Assembly: GCA_028710695.1 (NCBI GenBank)
Contig: JAQTTP010000001.1
Location: 120,001 to 152,000, forward strand
Source of the DNA: Candidatus Iainarchaeum sp.
GTDB taxonomy: Archaea > Iainarchaeota > Iainarchaeia > Iainarchaeales > 0-14-0-20-30-16
Length of the DNA stretch: 32,000 bases
Direction: 5' to 3'
The position numbers and the translations under genes are program-made. Below the pieces are notes generated by a model. That model saw only the letters and a program-made list of their open reading frames with translations, did not search any database and was not told the DNA's origin. Shown one piece after another: positions 26,184 to 32,000 of this stretch (its first letter is position 1; each line of letters opens with the position of its first letter).

Positions 26184-27440
26184 ATGGAAGAAATTTTTGC
26201 AATAAAGAAGCAGATCTTGGAACTAATTAAGCCAACCCTGAAAGATAGAGAGAAATATAAGAAAAAGCTTTCAAAAATAATTCAGAAGATAATGAAATAT
26301 TCAAAAAAGAAAAATATTCCTCTGAACAAAGTGGTTGTGGCTGGCTCTTTTGCAAGAAATACTTCTCTAAAGGATAACACAGATTTTGATTTGTTTTTGC
26401 TTTTTGATAAAACAATTGAACTAGACAAAATTGTTGAATATAATAAAAAAATAATTTATTCTTGCTTTTGGAATAGAAGATTAGTAGAAAGTTATTCTGA
26501 ACACCCTTATGTGCAATACCAAAGAAAGAAATACAAAATAGATTTTGTGCCTGCTTATGAAATAGCAGATTATAAGGAAAGAAAAACAGCAGTAGATAGG
26601 ACTCCATTGCATTTAAAATATTTGCAAGAAAACCTGTCTGACAAGCAAAGAAATGATGTTCTTATTTTGAAGCAATTCTTGAAAAATAATTTGTTATACG
26701 GGTCTGATCAAAATATTTCTGGATTTTCAGGATATCTTGTGGAAGTTTTGATCTTGTATTACAAAGATTTTGAGAACTTTTTAATCCACTTTCCAAAGCT
26801 TAAAGAAAAATCTAGAATTGTATTAGAGAAGGATGGAAAGAAAGAATATTCTGATCCATTAGTTGTAATTGATCCTGTTGATCCAAATAGAAATGTGGCT
26901 GCGGCTCTGTCTCTAAAACAATTTGAGAGAACAAAAAAATTATGTAAGTTATTTTCGGAAAAGCCAAGTAAAGAATTTTTCTTTTCGGATCCCGAACCAA
27001 ATTTAGGAAATGTTTTGGTTTATAAAATAAAAAAGCCGGAAAAAAATACAGATATATTGTACGGAATGGTAAATAGAACTTTAAAAAGAATAACTCAATC
27101 TGTGTCCGAAGTTGAGGGAATAAATTCATATATAGATTCTGATTTATATTTAGTCTTTTGTTTATCGAAATTAGAACAAGAAAAAGTTTTTGAGGTAAAA
27201 GGGCCGTCTGCGAAAGACGTAGAAAATGGAAAAAAGTTCAAGGAGAAGCACCCAATTGTTTATGAAAGAAATGGAATCTTGTTTGCAAAAGAAGAGAATA
27301 AAGAAACAAATGTGGAAAAAATAATTGATTCACAAGTAATTCAATACTTTGGAAAGTTTAAGAAGATTATAAAAATAGATTCAAGTAAAACAATTTTAAA
27401 GAAAAAGATCTTGGAAGCAAAAGGATTTGTGAGATTATAA
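26184..27440 (+). CDS. cca: CCA-adding enzyme, archaeal class I
   Basis: 'VVVAGSFARNTSLKDNTDFDLFLLF' nucleotidyltransferase motif, 'YAEHPYV'-like 'YSEHPYVQYQRKKYKIDFVPAYEI', 'VIDPVDPNRNVAAALS'. Confidence 0.92.
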   Translation: MEEIFAIKKQILELIKPTLKDREKYKKKLSKIIQKIMKYSKKKNIPLNKVVVAGSFARNTSLKDNTDFDLFLLFDKTIELDKIVEYNKKIIYSCFWNRRLVESYSEHPYVQYQRKKYKIDFVPAYEIADYKERKTAVDRTPLHLKYLQENLSDKQRNDVLILKQFLKNNLLYGSDQNISGFSGYLVEVLILYYKDFENFLIHFPKLKEKSRIVLEKDGKKEYSDPLVVIDPVDPNRNVAAALSLKQFERTKKLCKLFSEKPSKEFFFSDPEPNLGNVLVYKIKKPEKNTDILYGMVNRTLKRITQSVSEVEGINSYIDSDLYLVFCLSKLEQEKVFEVKGPSAKDVENGKKFKEKHPIVYERNGILFAKEENKETNVEKIIDSQVIQYFGKFKKIIKIDSSKTILKKKILEAKGFVRL

Positions 27441-27443
27441 TAG

Positions 27444-27855
27444 TCATTTCAAAGCAGCAGATAGTATTTGCATCTCTTTGTCTAATGTTTTTTGTTTTCC
27501 TAATAACTCTCTTACATGTTCATCAAAACTTTTTAAGTTTTTATATCTGGCGGCAAGATCTTCATATCTTTTTCTTTCCTGTTCAACGCCTCTGCTTTTT
27601 ATTGCATTTAGTTCACTTACTATTTGGCCTAGTTCTTCTTTTACGTCTGTGAGCCTACGTCTAATAACCTCTCTTGCATGCCCACGTAATTCCGTAGAAA
27701 CAAGAGACCCCCTTATATCCCCCGCCCTAATTTCCTCATGTTCTGCTACTAAACCTTTTGCCTTTTTTCTTTGTGCTAACGCCGCTAATACAGATTGTTC
27801 TTTCATAAGGTGCCTTACTACTATTGGATGATGGTGTGGAACAGGGGTATGCATA
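27444..27855 (-). CDS. Hypothetical coiled-coil protein
   Basis: ATG at 27855 (MHTPVPHHHPIVVRHLMKEQS...). Long Lys/Glu/Arg-rich helical sequence. The longer track ORF (to 28061) overlaps the divergent gene and is unlikely. Confidence 0.55.
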
Positions 27856-27918
27856 AATATCACTTTATTATTATACTGACTTGATAAATTTATATCTTTT
27901 GTGGCTCTAATATTAATT

Positions 27919-28317
27919 ATGATTATATATATTTCATACAAATTCTCGGAAATGGACAAATTTCTCCTTAAAGAAAAACTGAAAATGCTTTCTAAGGCTC
28001 TTGAAAACCAAGGAAATAAAACAAAAGTGTTTTTTAGAGATGTGCAAAACTGGGGCGACACCCAAGTTAAGCAAGAAGAAATTTTGCCAAAAGCTTATGA
28101 AATGATAAAAGAATCTGATGCCATTTTTGCTTTTGTGGATGTTGGAGAAAAAAGTGAAGGCCAACTTCTTGAGATTGGATTTGCAAAAGCAAAAGGAAAG
28201 AAAATTGTTCTTGCAATTAAAGACGGCCTTGGATACAAGTTCTTACGAATGATTGCAGATGAGGTTATTGAATTTGAAAACCTCGATGACCTGATAAATC
28301 AAATTAATGCTTTGTAA
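27919..28317 (+). CDS. Nucleoside 2-deoxyribosyltransferase-like protein
   Basis: 'MIIYISYKFS...LSKALENQGNKTKVFFRD...IKESDAIFAFVDVGEKSEGQLLEIGFAKAKGKKIVLAIK': Rossmann-like NDT pattern with [DE]GxxxEIGFAxAxGK. TATA-like 'aatttatat' about 30 nt upstream suggests a leaderless transcript. Confidence 0.75.
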   Translation: MIIYISYKFSEMDKFLLKEKLKMLSKALENQGNKTKVFFRDVQNWGDTQVKQEEILPKAYEMIKESDAIFAFVDVGEKSEGQLLEIGFAKAKGKKIVLAIKDGLGYKFLRMIADEVIEFENLDDLINQINAL

Positions 28318-28334
28318 GTGATGTTGGTGATTTT

Positions 28335-29072
28335 ATGGACTTGAATAAAGATGCATATGGTTGGGAAGTATGGGATTATCAAAATAAAAAAGAAGGATTT
28401 GAAATAATTCATAGAGGGGATAATACTTATTGGATTTCATCCGGCCCTAAATCATATTTTTCTAAATATAAGGATTGGCCAGAAAATCTAAAGAAAGCCT
28501 TAAAACTTGCAAAGGGAAGTATATTAGATGTTGGTTGTGGTGCAGGCAGAACTTGTTTGTACTTGCAGAAAAAAGGCCACAAAGTTGTGGGTATAGATAA
28601 TTCTCCTTTAGCTGTAAAAACTTGTAAGGCAAGGGGAGTAAAAAATGTAAAAATAATGGGTATAGAGGATATTGAAAAATTAAAAGAAAAGTTTGATACT
28701 ATTCTAATGCTTGGAAACAATTTTGGATTATTTGGAAGTTATAAAAAAGCAAAAGATCTTTTGAAGAAAATGCACACAATCACTTCGAAAGAAGCAGTAA
28801 TAATTGCTGAAAGTATTGATCCTTATAAAACAAAAGACCCACTTAATTTGGAATACCAAAAGAGCAATGTAAAACAAGGAAGAATGGCTGGCCAATTAAA
28901 GTTACAAGTAGTATATAAAAAATATATTGGGAATTGGTTTGATTATTTGATTGTGTCTAAGAAAGAGATGAAAGATATATTGAAAGGAACTGGTTGGAAA
29001 ATTCGGGCATTTATAAACCCTACAAAATGGAACAAATGCTATATTGCAATAATTGAAAAAGAAAAAAAATAA
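28335..29072 (+). CDS. Class I SAM-dependent methyltransferase
   Basis: 'GSILDVGCGAGRTCLYLQKKGHKVVGIDNSPLAVKTCKARG' motifs I and post-I. Confidence 0.88.
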   Translation: MDLNKDAYGWEVWDYQNKKEGFEIIHRGDNTYWISSGPKSYFSKYKDWPENLKKALKLAKGSILDVGCGAGRTCLYLQKKGHKVVGIDNSPLAVKTCKARGVKNVKIMGIEDIEKLKEKFDTILMLGNNFGLFGSYKKAKDLLKKMHTITSKEAVIIAESIDPYKTKDPLNLEYQKSNVKQGRMAGQLKLQVVYKKYIGNWFDYLIVSKKEMKDILKGTGWKIRAFINPTKWNKCYIAIIEKEKK

Positions 29073-29085
29073 TTGTGTGATTTTA

Positions 29086-29931
29086 ATGCAAACAACAAAA
29101 CAAATAGAGCAAGAAATAAAAAACACAATAGAAGGCTATAAGCTTTGCAACAAAAAAGAAAAAGTTCTTGTTGCTCTTTCTGGCGGAAAAGATTCTGCTA
29201 CAACTCTTTATGTTTTGAAAAAGTTAGGCTACAATGTTGAGGCATTTTATTTGGATCTTCTTATTGGAGATTGGAGCAAGAAAAATCTTGATGCCACAAT
29301 AAAATTATGTGAAAAATTAAAAGTGAAATTGCATTTAGTAAACATACGTGATGAATTAGGATATTCCATGTGCTCTATTCGTGGTGGAATAAAATCTAAA
29401 GAGAAATTAAGTAATTGTATGATTTGTGGAGTAATAAAAAGATATTTGCTAAATAGAAAAGCAAGAGAATTAGGTGCAAAGAAAATTGCAACGGGCCACA
29501 ATCTAGATGACGAAATAGAAGTTTACTTTATGAATTTGTTAAAAGCAAATACTGATTTATTGTGGGGTGTAGGCCCGCAAAATGGTGTGACTTTAGATAA
29601 AAAGTTTGTGCCAAGAATTAAGCCTTTGTATTTCATTACAAATGCAGAAACAAGAAAATTTACAAAAGCTTTGAAGCTTCCAGTTGTTTATGAAAAATGT
29701 CCTTGTTCTACAAAAGCAGGAATCAGAAATGATGTGCGAGCAATGGTATTAGAATTTGAAAAGAAAAACAAAAAGATCAAGAAAGAATTAATAAAAAATA
29801 TGTTAGAACTAATAAAACAGAATCGCCCAAGAAAAATCGGGGCCATAGCTTATTGTGAAAAATGTGGAGAACCATCAAGGAACGCCGTTTGTAAGAGTTG
29901 CTTGCTTTTCGAGAAAATGTTTAAGAAATAG
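29086..29931 (+). CDS. TtuA/Ncs6-family PP-loop ATPase, probable tRNA 2-thiolation protein
   Basis: 'VLVALSGGKDSATTLYVLKKLG' PP-loop, 'SNCMICGVIKRYLLNRKARELGAKKIATGHNLDDE', 'YEKCPCS', C-terminal 'CEKCGEPSRNAVCKSC'. Confidence 0.88.
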   Translation: MQTTKQIEQEIKNTIEGYKLCNKKEKVLVALSGGKDSATTLYVLKKLGYNVEAFYLDLLIGDWSKKNLDATIKLCEKLKVKLHLVNIRDELGYSMCSIRGGIKSKEKLSNCMICGVIKRYLLNRKARELGAKKIATGHNLDDEIEVYFMNLLKANTDLLWGVGPQNGVTLDKKFVPRIKPLYFITNAETRKFTKALKLPVVYEKCPCSTKAGIRNDVRAMVLEFEKKNKKIKKELIKNMLELIKQNRPRKIGAIAYCEKCGEPSRNAVCKSCLLFEKMFKK

Positions 29932-29946
29932 CTCTAAAGCCTTGAC

Positions 29947-29960
29947 TTTAAATTTATAAT
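29947..29960 (+). promoter_or_regulatory. Archaeal TATA-like element for the cold-shock gene
   Basis: 'tttaaatttataat' about 65-78 nt upstream of the ATG at 30025, leaving a predicted 5' UTR of roughly 40 nt containing 'aggag'. Confidence 0.4.
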
Positions 29961-30024
29961 CTTTTCTGTTAATACATATATATGCCTAATGTAAGGCTGA
30001 AAAACAATATAGGAGTTGAATAAA

Positions 30025-30270
30025 ATGAATGGAACAGTAAAATTCTACAATGTAAAGAAGAGATTTGGATTCATAACTGGGGAAGACAGCAAAGATTACT
30101 TTGTTCACTTGTCTGGTGTTGAAAAGGGAAATTTTTTAACAGAGAATTCAAAAGTTGAGTTTGAAGTTGAAAACGACGAAAAAGGTCCTAAGGCAGTTAA
30201 TGTTAAATTAACAGAACCAAACCCACCAAGAGAAAGAAAGCCAAGAAAGACTGAAGACGAAGAAGAATAA
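30025..30270 (+). CDS. Cold-shock domain protein
   Basis: 'MNGTVKFYNVKKRFGFITGEDSKDYFVHLSGV' with RNP-1-like KRFGFI and RNP-2-like YFVH. Charged C-terminal tail. ATG 30025. Confidence 0.9.
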   Translation: MNGTVKFYNVKKRFGFITGEDSKDYFVHLSGVEKGNFLTENSKVEFEVENDEKGPKAVNVKLTEPNPPRERKPRKTEDEEE

Positions 30271-30293
30271 AATCTAATTTTTTAGATTATGCT

Positions 30294-30848
30294 TTAGAGG
30301 GCATTATGCCCTTTATCTTTTTTCATTCTATCCGCAACATTGTATCTCTCGTCATTAGGATAGAATGTGGCGTAATATTTCTGGAATAATCTTGATTTTG
30401 TAAACTTTCTTAAATTTGTGGAGATTGCTTTTATCATTTTTGGTATTGCATCGAATTTTGACAAGAACTTTACCATTTTGTCGCCTTTTATTGCTTCGTG
30501 TACAATTGCCTGGCCAACAAGGATCTTTTCTGTTTCTGCAAATATCAAGTAAGTTCTATTTATTGCTCCAAAAATAAGCCCAAATGGAAATACAGCAAGG
30601 ATATCTAACCAGTGATGTGTGAAGAAGAACCTTACATTTTTTGACCTTTTGTAAATTATGATTAAATCAGTTCCAAATACTACAATAACTAATATGTCAA
30701 TAATTTCAAATACAAGTTGCATACCGGGGAGTTTTGTATTACCAAAGATACTATAAAATATTACAAAAATAAGTAGAACAAGAACAAGTGGCATGATTCT
30801 GCTGTTTATTCTGTCAACTTTTTTTAAGAAGGGGCTAAGTTCTCCCAT
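30294..30848 (-). CDS. Multi-TM ion-channel/voltage-sensor-like membrane protein
   Basis: 'IMPLVLVLLIFVIFYSIF', 'FEIIDILVIVVFGTDLIIIYKRS', 'HHWLDILAVFPFGLIF', which resembles S1-S3 segments of an ion transporter domain without an obvious pore. Confidence 0.65.
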   Translation of the reverse strand: MGELSPFLKKVDRINSRIMPLVLVLLIFVIFYSIFGNTKLPGMQLVFEIIDILVIVVFGTDLIIIYKRSKNVRFFFTHHWLDILAVFPFGLIFGAINRTYLIFAETEKILVGQAIVHEAIKGDKMVKFLSKFDAIPKMIKAISTNLRKFTKSRLFQKYYATFYPNDERYNVADRMKKDKGHNAL

Positions 30849-30974
30849 ATTTATAATAAAACAAACCTATTTAAGTGATTTTCTATTTATAAACGAGATC
30901 CGGCTAGTTTTTTAAGATAATAGCCCCTTATTTTTATAGAATAAATGGTATAAAGGGTGGAGGAGGGGTAAAAG

Positions 30975-31133
30975 ATGCCAGTAAATTATTCTATTGCAAG
31001 CGGGCCGGGTGCCTGCACATGTGGTGGTTGTGTTCATTATAAGCCATTTCCAGATAATCCAAAGAAAGGAAAATGCTTTAGTAGCGAAGTAGAATGCTCT
31101 GGGCATTGTAAGTTCTTTAGATATAAAAGGTAG
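30975..31133 (+). CDS. Small six-Cys protein, candidate metal-binding miniprotein
   Basis: Manual translation: MPVNYSIASGPGACTCGGCVHYKPFPDNPKKGKCFSSEVECSGHCKFFRYKR*, 52 aa. Strong SD 'ggaggagggg' 4-5 nt upstream and AT-rich 'tttttatagaat' further upstream. Below the ORF-track length cutoff. Confidence 0.75.
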   Translation: MPVNYSIASGPGACTCGGCVHYKPFPDNPKKGKCFSSEVECSGHCKFFRYKR

Positions 31134-31147
31134 ATTCCCGCCTTTTT

Positions 31148-31951
31148 TTATTTTTTTGCTAAATAAATCGGAAAAATAAAATCAAGTAGGTAACCTGTTT
31201 TTGTTATCTTAATGTTTTTTGGTTGTACTTTTGATTTTAAAATTATCTTTTGTATTTTTTCTATTTCTATCTTTGTGAAATCATATCTTTCTATGTGTTC
31301 TTTTTCTGTTAGTTTCATATTATTTGACTTGCCAATAAGTTTTAATTCTTTAAAGCCAGCTTTTGAATATAATTCTGAAATACTTTCTTTGGATTGAAAA
31401 TGCCTTTTGCCTATTAGCTTGTTTGAAGCATAAATTTTATCTGCTAAATCTCTGTCTTTATTTGTTGGCATTGCTGCACAACAATTTATGAACAGACCAG
31501 ATTCTGTTAAATGTTTTTTAATGTTTTTTAGCGCCTTGACCTGTAATTTTTCTTTGTAAATATAATCCAAAGAGGAACGCATAATAATTAAATCAAACTT
31601 TGTGCATAGATCACAAGTTAGAATGTCTGCAAGAACTTTTTTTGTTTTTGGATTTTTATTTTCATCTAATTGTTTTTGTGAAATGTCTAATAAGGTAAGT
31701 TCTGACTTTATGTTATGTTTTTTGAGAGAAAGAATTAGTTTTTCTCCTAGGAGACCATTACCGCCTGCAACATAAAGGATTTCAATTTTCTTTTTGTTTA
31801 ATTTTTTTATGTGTGGTAGGCAAGCTTTAATAAAAAGATTAATATTTGTTGTATCTGAAAAATAAGAATTATAAGTTTTATTCCAATTCTTTCCAAGAAC
31901 ATTTTTGTCAGTTTCTAAATTATTCTTGGAAATCTTTGTTATTTTTTGCAT
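31148..31951 (-). CDS. SAM-dependent methyltransferase-like protein
   Basis: 'KIEILYVAGGNGLLGEKLILSLKKHNIKSELTLLDIS', '...DLCTKFDLIIMRSSLDYI', 'LKNIKKHLTESGLFINC' fit a degenerate class I methyltransferase fold. Confidence 0.65.
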   Translation of the reverse strand: MQKITKISKNNLETDKNVLGKNWNKTYNSYFSDTTNINLFIKACLPHIKKLNKKKIEILYVAGGNGLLGEKLILSLKKHNIKSELTLLDISQKQLDENKNPKTKKVLADILTCDLCTKFDLIIMRSSLDYIYKEKLQVKALKNIKKHLTESGLFINCCAAMPTNKDRDLADKIYASNKLIGKRHFQSKESISELYSKAGFKELKLIGKSNNMKLTEKEHIERYDFTKIEIEKIQKIILKSKVQPKNIKITKTGYLLDFIFPIYLAKK

Positions 31952-32000
31952 TAAAATCTTCCTTTAGTCCAAAATTCTTTTGGTAATTTTAATAATATTT

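Noticed and set aside
1-32000. CRISPR arrays, IS elements, phage or restriction-modification genes
   Set aside because: No regularly spaced repeats, no transposase/integrase motifs, and the methyltransferase-like proteins do not show DNA methyltransferase catalytic motifs by eye.

Overview
AT-rich, gene-dense window that looks archaeal. It carries archaeal-type DnaG, Pus10, class I CCA-adding enzyme, archaeal-type LeuRS and the AmmeMemoRadiSam pair. The small proteins, short intergenic gaps and leaderless or TATA-proximal starts suggest a DPANN-like genome, but that lineage call is inference. I support about 32 protein genes and two tRNAs: tRNA-Val(UAC) on the minus strand and tRNA-Ser(GCU) on the plus strand. 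Two of the protein genes are short ORFs absent from the supplied track: a 44-aa basic ORF directly upstream of a Doc/Fic-like gene, and a 52-aa Cys-rich ORF with a strong Shine-Dalgarno. Most of the window is ordinary housekeeping. The best candidates for something undescribed are: (1) a three-gene minus-strand cluster at 8804-12009, with a double zinc-ribbon protein, a FecR-like-looking protein with a Met-rich helical tail, and a second beta-rich protein with a duplicated helical motif; (2) a possible minimal toxin-antitoxin-like pair at 24035-24638; (3) a structured RNA element immediately upstream of tRNA-Ser at 13787-13867; (4) the 52-aa six-Cys miniprotein. No CRISPR array, prophage, transposon or rRNA was seen.
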